From positions 1-62,764 of the IMG/VR virus record IMGVR_UViG_3300020171_000027: a stretch of 62,764 nucleotides of DNA; one strand, 5' to 3'. Positions 1-10,942 of the stretch are shown here, piece by piece. A program made the position numbers and the translations under genes. The stretch comes from a virus (Duplodnaviria > Caudoviricetes). The notes below the pieces were generated by a model. That model saw nothing but the letters and a program-made list of their open reading frames with translations. It was not told where the DNA came from and searched no databases. Every line of letters begins with the position of its first letter. Position 1 is the first letter of the stretch.

Positions 1-127
1 ATGCTTGTCATTTGTTCGTGTTGCTTCTGTGTCAACCCACCATATTTGATTTTCTCGTATTGTTTTTTAGTTATTTGTTTAGATGCTAATGCTTCTTCTG
101 GAGTAATATATTCAGGTTCTTTCACCG
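1..127. repeat. Terminal direct repeat, left copy (circular assembly overlap)
   Basis: Bases 1-127 are identical to 62638-62764. The length of 127 is a common assembler k-mer, and the repeat lies inside an open reading frame. Confidence 0.95.
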
Positions 128-1598
128 CTTTCTCAGGCGCAACTTCCTTAACAACCTTACCTTTAACAATCTCCTGTGCTTCTTCCGGCTTCATCTTGTT
201 TATATCTTCAGGGGTATATCCAAGTTCGCCCAAATCTGCTTCGGTTTGCATTGGCTCTATAGCTGGTTTAACTACTCTATTCGTTATAATATCACGAGCT
301 ATTTTAGGCGGCATTCTATAAATATCTTCTTTTGTATAACCAAGGGTTCCTAAGTCTGCCTGAACCTGATTTGTCATTATAAATGGAATACCAGTTGGCT
401 TTTCTTCAATTGTTTTAACCGGCTCGAATATAGCTTGTTTTTGGCGTAACTTTGCTTCTATATCAACAGGACTTGTAAATTTTGGTGCTGTAGCTTTTTC
501 AAAAGCACCTATTGCATCATCAACTGTTGTAGCTTTAGTTATGTTTTCTATATTAGTTTCTTCTTGGACTTTTTCTACTACTTTTAATTGTTCTTCCGAT
601 GGGATTGATTTGCCTGTAAAAACATTAAACCCAGCCCCCATTGCAGCACCTGTTAAAAGTCCAGTTGCTCCTTCCTCGCCAACTCCTTCTAAAAGTGGTT
701 TATCTGTAGCTGCATTAAGCCATACTTTTTCTTGTATTGATTGTGGAAGTTCTTCAAAAATACCTTCTGAAATACCACCACCTATAATTCTTTTTGTAAC
801 ACCAGTTGCAGTTACATTACCCATGCCACCTGCCAAAAAAGTATCAACATCTATAATGCCAAACTTTTTAGCAACACGGCCTCCTACTACTGCAAATAAT
901 GCTGTCCCAACTCCAGAAATAGGTGCTATTGCAGATTGTTTGGCTGTTAAAACACCATCCTCCGTTTGCTGCCTCATTTCTTCTGCCGAAGAACCGGCAC
1001 TTATAATACCTTCACCAACAGCACCTGCCAATAATGGTGATTTTAAAACACCAATTGTCAATAACCCTCTTGCTGTAGCAGCTCCGCCAAACATTGAAGG
1101 AAAAGATTCTATTACAGAATGACCTATTGTGCTTGGATTCTGGATCATTGTCTTAATAGTATTGACAAACCCTTTTGCTTTTTCTACTTTTTTGAATGCA
1201 AGTTTTTGTTTTGGTGAATAAAATTGATCTAAATATTTTTTAGTCGCCTTTAGATCGTAACCAAGATATTCTTCCATACCCCTACCAACTCGTCCTGCAG
1301 TTGGGATATTAAGCAATCCGATAGTTGCTGCACCAAGATTGACAAAGCCTTTAGCTCCAGATATAGTTATATCTTTAGCAACACCACCAAAAGTTCTTTC
1401 TTCTACTGGGATAGAAGACTCATGCTCATTAGCTTTCTCATAAAAAAGATCTTTTACTATAGCTTGTTTTTCTGGAGAAAATGTTGGAAATTGAGGATTA
1501 GACATGACTTCTCGCTCAAACACAAGATCCAAAACAACTTGTTTTTTATCTTCATTAAAGGTTGACCATCTTGGGTCATCTATAAAAGAAAAAATCAA
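1..1598 (-). CDS. N-terminal part of the giant polyvalent internal virion/ejection protein (continues across the junction into 62637..54069)
   Basis: TTG start at 1598 preceded by AAGGA. The parts I translated by hand (MIFSFIDDPRWSTF... and ...KEVAPEKAVKEPEY) are open and in frame with ORF 54069..62762. The joined length is 10,167 nt, about 3,388 aa. The ORF track misses it because it runs off the window edge. Confidence 0.88.
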   Translation of the reverse strand, partial: MIFSFIDDPRWSTFNEDKKQVVLDLVFEREVMSNPQFPTFSPEKQAIVKDLFYEKANEHESSIPVEERTFGGVAKDITISGAKGFVNLGAATIGLLNIPTAGRVGRGMEEYLGYDLKATKKYLDQFYSPKQKLAFKKVEKAKGFVNTIKTMIQNPSTIGHSVIESFPSMFGGAATARGLLTIGVLKSPLLAGAVGEGIISAGSSAEEMRQQTEDGVLTAKQSAIAPISGVGTALFAVVGGRVAKKFGIIDVDTFLAGGMGNVTATGVTKRIIGGGISEGIFEELPQSIQEKVWLNAATDKPLLEGVGEEGATGLLTGAAMGAGFNVFTGKSIPSEEQLKVVEKVQEETNIENITKATTVDDAIGAFEKATAPKFTSPVDIEAKLRQKQAIFEPVKTIEEKPTGIPFIMTNQVQADLGTLGYTKEDIYRMPPKIARDIITNRVVKPAIEPMQTEADLGELGYTPEDINKMKPEEAQEIVKGKVVKEVAPEKAVKEPEYITPEEALASKQITKKQYEKIKYGGLTQKQHEQMTS

Positions 1599-1601
1599 TG
1601 G

Positions 1602-2744
1602 TTATTCCTTTGCATTTTTAACTATTTCTGCAAGTTGTTCGTCCGTCATTTTAGGAAATTGTTTCCTGAGATTGTCAGCCATGTCTTTTATCTCAGACAA
1701 ATTTTTGCCAAAACCAGCCTGTCTTATAGCAGTTTCAAGGACGCCTTCTCCAAATTTACCGCCTGATTCAGATTGCGTCTGAGATGCCCAACCCTGAACT
1801 TTTTCTTTAATTGAAGGTGTTTCGCCTGGAGCTATCGAATATGGTTCATATGCTCCTGTTTGGTATTCTTTTGGCTTATTTAAAATACCAGTAAGATTTT
1901 CCTTGCTTGGTGTTTTGGTAGTTTTTGATAGTAACCCTGGTTGTTCTTTTATAAGTCTCTGATCTGCTTCACTAAATAGAGCTGTAATATCGCTACCAGC
2001 AGCCTGCGGTTCTTTCGGTATAGTAACATCACCCGCTTTTGATGGCACACCTCCAAGTAAACCCTTACGTGGCCCAAAGGTTATTTCTTCAGTCTTTGTT
2101 GCACCTATTCCTAAAAAGCCACCTTCTTTTAATATCTTGCCAGTTTTTTGCCTGACCCAAGAGTCTATCCCAGCGGTATCTAAAATGGCATTAATTTCCT
2201 CATCTGATGCCCCTTCATTTTTCATATCATATGCTTTAGTTAAAGCATCAAGTTTTAGCTTAGAGGCTTGTCCTGTATCATCTTTTTTTTCTGAAGATAG
2301 AATTAGTTTTTTTGCTTCTTCTTCACCAAACACATTAACAAGAAAGTTATATTTTTTCTCAAGATCACTTGTTTTTCCTTTTTCTCTACGATTATAGGTT
2401 TTTTCTTCTTCTCCTGTTTTGCGCTGATATTGTTTTTCTTCTTCTCCTAATCTTTGTTTGTATCGTTTTTCTTCTTCGGCTGATCTTTGCTTGTATTTTG
2501 TTTCTTCTTCGGCTGATTCCAAACCTCGTTGTGTTTTAAAAGCTTCTTGTTCTCTGCCAAACTCCTCTGTAGATTCTACTTTTCTTAATCGACTAAGATT
2601 TTCTTCTCTTTTTCTAATAGATTCCTCTTTTATTCTTTCAGTAGCAGCTCCTCCCCAAGCTTTAAAAGCTCCAGCCATACCTCCACTTAATATTCGCATA
2701 AGCTCATTTTCAGCCATGTTATCCCCTCCTAATTTGTGGCCCAA
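1602..2744 (-). CDS. Putative internal virion (DNA ejection) protein
   Basis: Charged coiled-coil protein with EEEKxY repeats, directly upstream of the giant ejection protein. Likely start is MAENEL at about 2717. Confidence 0.6.
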   Translation of the reverse strand: MGHKLGGDNMAENELMRILSGGMAGAFKAWGGAATERIKEESIRKREENLSRLRKVESTEEFGREQEAFKTQRGLESAEEETKYKQRSAEEEKRYKQRLGEEEKQYQRKTGEEEKTYNRREKGKTSDLEKKYNFLVNVFGEEEAKKLILSSEKKDDTGQASKLKLDALTKAYDMKNEGASDEEINAILDTAGIDSWVRQKTGKILKEGGFLGIGATKTEEITFGPRKGLLGGVPSKAGDVTIPKEPQAAGSDITALFSEADQRLIKEQPGLLSKTTKTPSKENLTGILNKPKEYQTGAYEPYSIAPGETPSIKEKVQGWASQTQSESGGKFGEGVLETAIRQAGFGKNLSEIKDMADNLRKQFPKMTDEQLAEIVKNAKE

Positions 2745-3357
2745 CAGGTTGTTGTGCTACTGGTTGACGTTGCATTGCTGGCTGCTGTACTGGTTGACGT
2801 GGAGGGCGTTGTGCTGATGGCTGTGGCATTGGAGGTCTCGTAGCCTGTGGGGGTACTGCCTGTTGTGGTTGACCACCTTGCTGCATTTGCTGTGTAATCT
2901 TTTGACCTTCTGGTGTTTGCTTTGCCTCTTCAGCCATTTGCATAAGCTGTTCTTTTGTCATTTTCCCAGACTTAATTGCCTCGTTAATATATAAACTTAT
3001 AGCTAATGAGAATGCCTGATATTTCTGCTCATCGGTAAGGGGGGGCATACCAACAGTTTCAGCTAAATTTATAATTTCTCCCAATAATTGATTTGCACCA
3101 GATACTTTTACTGACGTATCTATTTTTATCCCATTACTTTCAGCGCTGTTCTCAATACGCCGAATTACACCCAAGAGTATTTGAGCTATTGAATCAACAG
3201 GTTCTTTGCTGATTCTAAGTTGTTTTATTAAGCTATCTGATACCTTTTTATCATGTATGATAGAAATTCCACTACTCATAAACATATCAAATTGCTCTTG
3301 AATAGCTGGATCCACTGATCCAGTATTACCTTTTGATAATAATCCTACGTTGTCCAT
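2719..3357 (-). CDS. Putative internal virion protein
   Basis: Helical protein with a Q/P-rich C-terminus, inside the ejection-protein cluster. Confidence 0.55.
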   Translation of the reverse strand: MDNVGLLSKGNTGSVDPAIQEQFDMFMSSGISIIHDKKVSDSLIKQLRISKEPVDSIAQILLGVIRRIENSAESNGIKIDTSVKVSGANQLLGEIINLAETVGMPPLTDEQKYQAFSLAISLYINEAIKSGKMTKEQLMQMAEEAKQTPEGQKITQQMQQGGQPQQAVPPQATRPPMPQPSAQRPPRQPVQQPAMQRQPVAQQPVGPQIRRG

Positions 3358-4115
3358 TGTGTGTTTCCTCCAGCTAATAAGCCAGTATTTTTAGCAGCAT
3401 AGCGATTTGAAAGATTTATATGTCTTGCCCACCAGTTAGGCATTCCAATGGAAGCTGATGCCCACTTCGGTTGAGCTTTAGGCTGAGCAGCTTGAGCTTG
3501 AGGTTTAGTGTATGAGACATCACGCACGGTATAGCCACCCTTATAGCCATATTTAGCCCTGCTTTCTTCTTCTAATTTGGCTTTTTCTTTAAGCAAATCT
3601 TTTTCAGCATCGATTTCCATTTTTTGAGCATAAACCGCTCCAGCAGCAGTTGCCAATCCTGTCCCTAATCCCGCATAAATTTGTGCTGATTGGTTTGATA
3701 TCCCTGGCGTAACAGCTTCTACTGGCGCAGGAGGAACAGCAGCACCACCCATGCCAACAGTAGAAGCTGGAGCATTAGCTAAAGTAGTAGGAGGAGCCAT
3801 TGATCCACCGCCAGCGGTAGAATAATCTACTGCATAGTCAATACCTGCTGTGCCTCCGCCTCCAGATACACTACCACCTGCTCCAGCACCTGGCGCTCCG
3901 GCAAACACACTTGCACCTTCAAGCACTCCTGCTGTTAGACCTCCAATCGCTGCTCCATATAAAGCTCCTTCAACAATATCACCGCCAGCAACCACAGCAG
4001 TCGCTGCCCCTATTACCGCACCATAAACAGCGCCATATACAACTGCTGTTGCAACTGCTTGTACTGCCGCAGATGTCGCTACCCATACAACTGCCGCTAC
4101 TATTGCTCCTGGCAT
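3345..4115 (-). CDS. Putative DNA pilot/ejection protein with glycine-zipper hydrophobic N-terminus
   Basis: Ala/Gly/Val-rich GxxxG N-terminus, immediately after the GNAT gene as for P22 gp7-like proteins. Confidence 0.6.
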   Translation of the reverse strand: MPGAIVAAVVWVATSAAVQAVATAVVYGAVYGAVIGAATAVVAGGDIVEGALYGAAIGGLTAGVLEGASVFAGAPGAGAGGSVSGGGGTAGIDYAVDYSTAGGGSMAPPTTLANAPASTVGMGGAAVPPAPVEAVTPGISNQSAQIYAGLGTGLATAAGAVYAQKMEIDAEKDLLKEKAKLEEESRAKYGYKGGYTVRDVSYTKPQAQAAQPKAQPKWASASIGMPNWWARHINLSNRYAAKNTGLLAGGNTQWTT

Positions 4116-4564
4116 TTTAATCCCTCCTTAATAAAGTCAGTTTTCGTTAATCCCCATAATTCTTGGTCATACAACTTCCAATTTTTTAAAAAGGATTTTT
4201 TAATAACCCCTTCACGACTAAACCCAATTTTTTCTACCAATCTAATTGTTAATTTGTTAAATGCAGGAATCATTACTATTACTTTCATATACAGTGTGTT
4301 TTTTACCCCCCATGCGATTACATCCCTTACAAACTCACACCCACTGCCCCATAATTTTGGTGTAAGTGCTATGTGCGCTTGGCAACAAATACTATTAATC
4401 GGGTCAAGCCGGACAACACCATTTTTAGTATCGTCCATTAAGTAAATAAACTTTGCATCCATGTCTGGCTCATATATTTCAGGTGAACAATCATCAGTTA
4501 TCCAGTTATATACTGCTGGATGATTGAAAACCTTAGCGATTGCTTCTTTGTCTTTAACAAGCAT
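4100..4564 (-). CDS. GNAT-fold acetyltransferase-like virion assembly protein
   Basis: Motifs HIALTPKLWGSG and NKLTIRLVEKIGFSREGVIKK. Position matches GNAT-like genes of podoviruses. Probable start is the ATG at 4564. Confidence 0.8.
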   Translation of the reverse strand: MLVKDKEAIAKVFNHPAVYNWITDDCSPEIYEPDMDAKFIYLMDDTKNGVVRLDPINSICCQAHIALTPKLWGSGCEFVRDVIAWGVKNTLYMKVIVMIPAFNKLTIRLVEKIGFSREGVIKKSFLKNWKLYDQELWGLTKTDFIKEGLKCQEQ

Positions 4565-4593
4565 TATGACACCCCTGAAGATGAAGGCAAAGA

Positions 4594-5769
4594 TTAAGAC
4601 AAATGCGAACAAGCATGATAATCCGCAACAGCATCATCATATGCTTTCTGCGCCGCATCACAATTGACTGCTACGAATTCGCCAGCCGCAAAACATGCTT
4701 CCAAAGCTTTCAAAGCGGCATCCATTATTGGCTTATAATATGCCTCACATTCTGATCTGGAGTCAAAATCTTCATCCCCACCTCCACCTCCACCTCCACC
4801 TCCGTCTTCAAAATCTGAGTCATAACCATATATTGCGTATATTAGTTCTAAGTCAGCATAATATTGGTCTTGCAAATCTGCTAAAGCAGCGTCCATTTCA
4901 GATGAAGTCATAGTTGGGTCTGCCATGATATCCGCCATATTATTCTGATACGCTACACTTAATTCGGTAACTGCCGCTGCAAGTGCTGTTGCTTCATCAC
5001 TATCAAGCTCTGCCATAATCGCATCATATTCAAGTTGAGCTATTTCCATCTTTGAATCTTCTATTAAACCTTGGAGCACTAACGCTTGCTCTGCTTCTTG
5101 GACTGAAAGTAACGAAGTTTGTCCTGCCTCCTGTGCTGAAAGTCCACCCATATACCCATATTCTTCTCCTAAAAGTTTACTTGATTGCCCCGCCTCTTGA
5201 GCTGAAAGTTTTCCAGCTTGTTTTGCTTCCTGCGCTGAGAGTCCTCCCATATACCCATATTCTGTGCCTAAAAGCTTGCCTTTTAATCCGTATTCTGTTC
5301 CTAATAGGGCTCCTGTTTGTGCGGCTTCCTGGGCTGATAAAACTCCTTTTAATCCATATTCTGTACCTAATAATCCGCCTGTTTGTTCAAATTCCTGGGC
5401 TGATAATCTTCTGGCTTGCTCTGCTTCCTGTTCAGAGGCTGTGCCCATATACCCATATTCTTCTCCCATAAGCCTACTGCTAATGTCGCCTTGAGTTAGA
5501 TAGTGTCCTGTTTGAATATCACCAGCCTGTGTAGCAAGACCTCTTTCCTGTAAATATCCTGCATCTTGTTGAGCTATAGGTAGAGCAGATTCAATAGCTG
5601 CTGCCTCACTTGCTCCGGCAGCTATTGACGTATTAAGAAGTCCTCTTTCAGCGGCTACCTGTTTACCTCTACTTCTTGCTGCTTCAAGATAAGGACTTGA
5701 GGAACCAAGCAGTCCTTTCATTCTACCTTCAACAGATTCTTCTTCTAATAATTCGTATTTAGTAGCCAT
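4594..5769 (-). CDS. Putative internal virion protein with LSAQEA/LLGxEYG tandem repeats
   Basis: N-terminus with RGLLNTSIAAGA...ALPIAQQDA resembles podovirus core proteins. Internal repeats at about 5090-5470. Confidence 0.6.
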   Translation of the reverse strand: MATKYELLEEESVEGRMKGLLGSSSPYLEAARSRGKQVAAERGLLNTSIAAGASEAAAIESALPIAQQDAGYLQERGLATQAGDIQTGHYLTQGDISSRLMGEEYGYMGTASEQEAEQARRLSAQEFEQTGGLLGTEYGLKGVLSAQEAAQTGALLGTEYGLKGKLLGTEYGYMGGLSAQEAKQAGKLSAQEAGQSSKLLGEEYGYMGGLSAQEAGQTSLLSVQEAEQALVLQGLIEDSKMEIAQLEYDAIMAELDSDEATALAAAVTELSVAYQNNMADIMADPTMTSSEMDAALADLQDQYYADLELIYAIYGYDSDFEDGGGGGGGGGDEDFDSRSECEAYYKPIMDAALKALEACFAAGEFVAVNCDAAQKAYDDAVADYHACSHLS

Positions 5770-5780
5770 GCTTTATCCTT

Positions 5781-6494
5781 TTATTCAATCCAAAATACTT
5801 TACAATATCCAGATCCACCAGCACCACCAGCAACTGAACCGGCATTGCTTCCACCGCCGCCGCCACCAGCGCCTGTATTTGCTGCAGCCGCCGTTCCAGC
5901 AGAAGCGCTGCCACCAGCGCCACCAGCGCCATAACTACCGCCACCACCGCCACCATAATCAGCAGCGCCTGTAACACCTATACCTCCTTTGCCGTATCCA
6001 GGACATGCCCCACCAGCACCACTTGCAGCCGTTTCGTTGCCACCACCGCCACCACCACCTCCAGCACCGCCAATGCTACCAGTTCCAACACTGCCCGCTA
6101 CGCCTTTTGCCCCGCCAGCACCACCTCCACCACCACCTCCTGTACCGCCTGTATTAATAGATCCTTTAGAGCCTAAGGCGCCCCCCAAGGCTGTTAATAG
6201 GCTTCCAAAAGTGGAATTACTTCCAGCAACCCCGTCATTGTCTCCAGCTGCTCCACCAGCTCCACCAGCTCCAATTGTAACAGAAACATTCGCAGAAACC
6301 GGCACAAATTCATATCGTACTTGTCCACCACCACCACCACCAGCACCACCAGCAGCACCAATAGTAGCTCCACCGCCACCGCCACCGCCACCAATTAATA
6401 AAACATAAATTCCAGTAATATTTGATGGTCTTGTCCATGTGCCAGTAGAAGTAAAAGCTTCACATTTTGATTTTGCGTTTATTTGAGGTATCAT
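5781..6494 (-). CDS. Glycine-rich tail-fibre-associated protein
   Basis: FTSTGTWTRP...VLLIGGGGGGG...GGAGGSGYCKVFW, the typical phage glycine-rich domain. Confidence 0.8.
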   Translation of the reverse strand: MIPQINAKSKCEAFTSTGTWTRPSNITGIYVLLIGGGGGGGGATIGAAGGAGGGGGGQVRYEFVPVSANVSVTIGAGGAGGAAGDNDGVAGSNSTFGSLLTALGGALGSKGSINTGGTGGGGGGGAGGAKGVAGSVGTGSIGGAGGGGGGGGNETAASGAGGACPGYGKGGIGVTGAADYGGGGGGSYGAGGAGGSASAGTAAAANTGAGGGGGGSNAGSVAGGAGGSGYCKVFWIE

Positions 6495-6504
6495 ATCATT
6501 TCCT

Positions 6505-6840
6505 TTATGTTGTCACTTTTTCCATACCGCTAAGATGAAAAGATAGTTTATCTGCCGTGCTTGCCTGTATCCTGATTTCTTCTGCTGCATTGGCGTGTAT
6601 GGAATATTCATGCGTTTCACTTGCTGATATTTGCTTATCATACGCAAGCCAATCTTCACCAGTAGCAACGCCGGTTGCAGCACAATGAGCAAGTTGGTAT
6701 GTTCTTGCGGATGTATCTTGGTTACATATTCGTAAGACACCGTTGATTTCTGTTCCAGCTCCTACCAGCAATAAAGCTGCTTCAGCCGTATTCGCCGGTC
6801 TTGCTGATGCTAATAGTTTATATGTTACTACGATAGCCAT
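6505..6840 (-). CDS. Small beta-rich virion structural protein
   Basis: Has an RBS (GGAGA) and lies between tail fibre genes. Confidence 0.55.
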   Translation of the reverse strand: MAIVVTYKLLASARPANTAEAALLLVGAGTEINGVLRICNQDTSARTYQLAHCAATGVATGEDWLAYDKQISASETHEYSIHANAAEEIRIQASTADKLSFHLSGMEKVTT

Positions 6841-6850
6841 AATATTCTCC

Positions 6851-7717
6851 TTACATTATTTGAGATGCAAATGTTACAAATTCTAAACTTTTGGCAGAAA
6901 CAACGCCAGCCGTTACATCAAATTGGCTCGAATCAAACGAAGCTGCTCCTTTGACGGAATCTGAGGCATCATTAATGGCAACCGCTCCGGCAGTTACCGT
7001 AAACTGAGCTGTCGGGAATGAAGCTATTCCTTTATTTGTTATGGTTGCATCTTCACCAGTTATAGTTATTTCTCCAGATGCGGCTGTTATATCAATCCCT
7101 TCACCTTCTGTGAATTTACAAATACCTTTGTTGGTTGTAGAAGCATCTTCACCAGCTATGGTTAAACTCTCATTACCACCGTCATTATTTTCTGTAAAAT
7201 CAATGCCTTCACCAGCTACAAGTTTTCCGTTTAAAAAGCCGGATGTTGTGTCATTTAAACTTACCCAACAACCACTCCCAGTAGAAGCAGCAACCGCTGC
7301 TATATATGCTGAAAACGAACTTAATAGATAGAAAAAGCCGGTTGAAGAACTATATCGTATTCCAATCGGGGCATCTGCAATAATATCGCCAGCCCCTAAT
7401 TCACTGCCGTTAGGTATTTTTATTGACTTAACACCAAGTGAATTAACGTTTATAGTTACTGGCCCAGTATTTGTATTTATAGGTCTAAATGCTACATAAA
7501 GTCCATCTACATAACCCGATGGTGTATATGGTAAATCAACTAAATAAGCATCGACTGCTCCTGTATCAACTGCATATGAGACCGTACCTCTTTTTAATTC
7601 AGTTTCATCAGGAAGAACAGCAAATGCTTCCTCTATTGCTGCATCTAAATTATTAATATCGGCTGATTTTGCCAGTGTTGCAGCAACTATATCTGTTGGT
7701 GAATTATATGTTGACAT
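6851..7717 (-). CDS. Tail fibre (proximal) protein
   Basis: [18 protein letters not shown] motif and three fibre repeats ([27 protein letters not shown]). Follows the nozzle gene. Confidence 0.75.
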   Translation of the reverse strand: MSTYNSPTDIVAATLAKSADINNLDAAIEEAFAVLPDETELKRGTVSYAVDTGAVDAYLVDLPYTPSGYVDGLYVAFRPINTNTGPVTINVNSLGVKSIKIPNGSELGAGDIIADAPIGIRYSSSTGFFYLLSSFSAYIAAVAASTGSGCWVSLNDTTSGFLNGKLVAGEGIDFTENNDGGNESLTIAGEDASTTNKGICKFTEGEGIDITAASGEITITGEDATITNKGIASFPTAQFTVTAGAVAINDASDSVKGAASFDSSQFDVTAGVVSAKSLEFVTFASQIM

Positions 7718-7718
7718 A

Positions 7719-9782
7719 TTACCTCACATCTCTACGAAGCGTATAATGAATAACAACTCCGTCTATTTTATGTCCTAAGTCTATGGCAGATTTAGAATAA
7801 GCTACAAGCCCTATGTTCGTACCATCCCCGTTTATTGAAAAGGACGGGCGTGATACTACAAAAGAATCGTAATAAAATGATTCCCAGTTATCTGTATCCC
7901 AATACCCACCTGCGCCTTGTGTTTCATGTAGAGCTATTAAATGGCGAGCAATGTCTGGATCTCCATAAGAAAAATTAACATGAAATCTTACAACAGAATA
8001 AGATGTTGCTACCATTTCAATAACAGCTCTTCTATATGTTTTTATCGTTCTTGGTGATTTTGAATTATTAAAAGGAAATCGTAAGGTTGCTTCAATTTCT
8101 TCACCATCAAAGCTACTTCCTTTATCTGCCTGATAAACATTGCCATTAGTTGCGCCAAAAAAAATTACATCTTTACCATTAGGATCTTCACCTGAAATAG
8201 CGCATGCTACGTTTACTGGATATTTGAATTTAAGAAAAGAATGACTTGCATATTCATCGCCTTTGCTAACTGTCATACAAATGCCAGTTCCATCACTCCC
8301 ATATAAACGATATTGATTACGACTTTTATATGTAACTGACGCTACAGCAACCGCTCTCATTAAATCTATTATTGATTGTACTTTATTACTAACAGTGCTA
8401 TGGGCAAAGTTCCCATACTTGTCTGACGATGTAATGTTAATTATTCCTCGATCATCAAGACAATACACCTCACCTATGGTTTGTATAGTTCTGGGAATAG
8501 CACCAGTATCAGGAGAAAGACTGCCTAAAACAAAATCTGCGGATGACGATCCTGTTAGTTGCGAAGTCGAGTTTCGTGTAAAAATTGCTAAGGCATCACC
8601 TGCCTGAATTGAATATCCAACCACATCATCACCAAGACCTATCTCTGTTGCACCTGTCAATGCCGTCCATACATAAGGTGTGCCTATGCCTGAATTTTGA
8701 GACGAACCTTTAAATGAAAAAAATAAATGTTTTTTATGTGCTATTACATGCTCAGGCGTATCTGTGGTCATTCCTGTTACAATTGGAACATATACACTGC
8801 CATCAAACTCAAATCCTCTATTTACACCATCACAACCATACATCCTTTTAGTGTCAGTACTGCCAAAAAAATTATATTCAACTGTTTCATATCTACCACC
8901 AGGCAATAAGGTTATTTGCGTAGCAAGGCTTGTTGATGTGGCTTTTGTAGCTCCTGTTACCTGTAAATCATTCGTAGCATCAAAGGTGCCTGTTATTGAT
9001 CCAAGTATAAGCCTGCCTGCCGCCGTGCCTGCCCACGTTCCAGATTCAAGCACTGTCCGTTTTACAAGACCTGTAGCACCACTAACAAGCTGTGTGACAG
9101 TATCCCCATCATTTATAATACTAATCCCTGTATCAAAACTTAATTCATAATATAAAGTAATAGCTGTCCATCCAGAAGTAGTGGCTTTATATATTAAGCC
9201 TGCCGTTCCACCGGCATTGTCTCTAAAACAATAAACAACACCTTTTAATAATCCTATCCCCCTAATAGCTCCACTCCCTGTTGGGGCTGCTATATCATCT
9301 CGATAAACATCTGCTGCTGCTGCCAGTGCAGTTGCATTCCCAAGTCCTGTAGCTTCACCTTTATCTACAGGAACTGCTGTTATAGATCCTTTGGCAACTC
9401 CTCCAACTGTAAATGTTCCGGTAGCCGTAAATGTTCCAGTTGTTTTTGTAATACATAGAGACGTTGTGCTGTTAATAATAACTATACCAGTTGCGCCACT
9501 TGCTGTTTCAGTAATTGTATCCCCAACAGTAACAGTATCAGTTAAAGTAACTTCACAATAAAGATATGTTGCGTCAGAAGGAGCTGCTTGACCATCGTAT
9601 ATTTCATAACCGTCAAGTCTTCTATAACCACCCGCTACTTCAGCCTCATAGTTTAAACAAGAAATCAAATTGCCAGGCTTGATTGACATGGCTGGAGTTT
9701 CCAGGTTTAAGCCACCAGAAAAAGAAGTATATTCTGTGGTAGTTTTAACACTCGATATTTTCAAACCAGTGGTTCTCCCCAT
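7719..9782 (-). CDS. Tail nozzle / DNA stabilization protein (P22 gp10-like)
   Basis: 687-aa beta-rich protein starting FSGGLNL...NYE...GGYRRLDGY, directly after the adaptor. Confidence 0.75.
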   Translation of the reverse strand: MGRTTGLKISSVKTTTEYTSFSGGLNLETPAMSIKPGNLISCLNYEAEVAGGYRRLDGYEIYDGQAAPSDATYLYCEVTLTDTVTVGDTITETASGATGIVIINSTTSLCITKTTGTFTATGTFTVGGVAKGSITAVPVDKGEATGLGNATALAAAADVYRDDIAAPTGSGAIRGIGLLKGVVYCFRDNAGGTAGLIYKATTSGWTAITLYYELSFDTGISIINDGDTVTQLVSGATGLVKRTVLESGTWAGTAAGRLILGSITGTFDATNDLQVTGATKATSTSLATQITLLPGGRYETVEYNFFGSTDTKRMYGCDGVNRGFEFDGSVYVPIVTGMTTDTPEHVIAHKKHLFFSFKGSSQNSGIGTPYVWTALTGATEIGLGDDVVGYSIQAGDALAIFTRNSTSQLTGSSSADFVLGSLSPDTGAIPRTIQTIGEVYCLDDRGIINITSSDKYGNFAHSTVSNKVQSIIDLMRAVAVASVTYKSRNQYRLYGSDGTGICMTVSKGDEYASHSFLKFKYPVNVACAISGEDPNGKDVIFFGATNGNVYQADKGSSFDGEEIEATLRFPFNNSKSPRTIKTYRRAVIEMVATSYSVVRFHVNFSYGDPDIARHLIALHETQGAGGYWDTDNWESFYYDSFVVSRPSFSINGDGTNIGLVAYSKSAIDLGHKIDGVVIHYTLRRDVR

Positions 9783-10438
9783 CCAATTCGAGGCAATTGA
9801 GAAAATTCCAGTCTTTTTAATATTCTCATGTATTCGTTTTGACCATGAGAATATTTTTCATCTGCCGCTACAAAAGCTCCATAATACATTAGAGCACGCC
9901 AAACTATAATTAAATGATACTGGGATGGAATTAATGGTTCATCTGTAGTTAATGTCATTGTTTGTGCTTTTTTATAATATTCGCCTGTTACTGTATAAAC
10001 ATCGTTTGGGATAGCCCATAATGACATTGAATTGTCGGGTTTTATTGTAGCAATTGTTGGACGAAGTGTTTGAATCCGGTTGGAACCAAACATATACACA
10101 CTCTTAAAATTGTTCCACGGAACATATAATAGATACTGCTCATCAGACGTTGATGAATATATTGTTAAATCTGTCTCTTCACTTGTTTTCCATGTAGCTA
10201 AGTCTGATAGAGAAACCGCTTCTGGGGTATAATTTTGAGTGGCTGCTATGGTAGGGAATGTAAAACTGGTTTGTAAAAACTTCCAAGAAGCATGAAGATT
10301 CTGGATATCCTCATAGGCTGAAAGTGTCCAGTCAACTATCTTTTTTAATTCGCCAACTTGACCAGTTACAGCACTCGGCCCAACCCCAGATATGCCTGTC
10401 TCTTGACGTAGCCTCTGACATAATTGTAAAAATGTCAT
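9761..10438 (-). CDS. Head-tail adaptor protein
   Basis: MTFLQLCQRLRQETG N-terminus and PLIPSQYHLIIVWRAL motif, plus synteny. Confidence 0.75.
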   Translation of the reverse strand: MTFLQLCQRLRQETGISGVGPSAVTGQVGELKKIVDWTLSAYEDIQNLHASWKFLQTSFTFPTIAATQNYTPEAVSLSDLATWKTSEETDLTIYSSTSDEQYLLYVPWNNFKSVYMFGSNRIQTLRPTIATIKPDNSMSLWAIPNDVYTVTGEYYKKAQTMTLTTDEPLIPSQYHLIIVWRALMYYGAFVAADEKYSHGQNEYMRILKRLEFSQLPRIGWGEPLV

Positions 10439-10442
10439 TGTT

Positions 10443-10889
10443 TTACCCCGATGCTAAAATTGATTCAAGCCATTGTCTCCCAACAGGGCTTGGGTCATGT
10501 ATTACGCTAAAAGGATAAGTAATAGCGGTGCGCTCAGTCATTTGGATATTTTCTGGTCGTGATGGGTCCATAACCTGCTGAACATACTTAGTCGTTCTAC
10601 ATCTTGCTAATGCTTCGATATATTTTCGTTTTATTTTAGATTGAACGCCTCGAATTATTGGCTGATTTAGACCGTTCACCGTTGGTGTAAGAACATCTAA
10701 TGAACCATCTTCTGTGGTAGGATGTACCACTATTGTTAAACTATCATTCATAAAAGCTTCTAATTCTGCGGCTTTTACAAAGTTATCCTCAGCGACTTTT
10801 TCAATCGGTTCAGTTTCACCGATCTCAGATAAAGGAATTGATTTACCCTTTGGAAGGTTCTCGTTTACTATATCGGTTGTTCTGGACAT
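10443..10889 (-). CDS. Conserved head-region hypothetical protein
   Basis: 148 aa with an RBS (GGAG), between capsid accessory genes and the adaptor. Confidence 0.6.
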   Translation of the reverse strand: MSRTTDIVNENLPKGKSIPLSEIGETEPIEKVAEDNFVKAAELEAFMNDSLTIVVHPTTEDGSLDVLTPTVNGLNQPIIRGVQSKIKRKYIEALARCRTTKYVQQVMDPSRPENIQMTERTAITYPFSVIHDPSPVGRQWLESILASG

Positions 10890-10905
10890 AAATACTCCTT
10901 TTGTT

Positions 10906-10931
10906 TGGGAGAGGGTGTTACGCCCCCTCCC
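10906..10931 (-). terminator. GC-rich hairpin after the capsid accessory genes
   Basis: GGGAGGGGGCG-TAA-CACCCTCTCCC stem-loop on the minus strand. There is no U-tract, so it may be a stability hairpin rather than a terminator. Confidence 0.4.
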
Positions 10932-10942
10932 GTGTGTTTAAT

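Noticed and set aside
1-127. Biological direct terminal repeat
   Set aside because: It is exactly 127 bp, a standard assembly k-mer, and falls in the middle of a gene. It shows circularity of the assembly, not the packaged ends.
1-1122. Plus-strand ORFs 1..321 and 541..1122, and similar antisense ORFs across the late operon
   Set aside because: These are shadow frames opposite long minus-strand genes, with no RBS or recognisable motifs.
5781-6494. Collagen-like repeat, or the proline-rich plus-strand ORF 5989..6408
   Set aside because: The Gly runs are not Gly-X-Y periodic, and the Pro-rich frame is the antisense of Gly codons.
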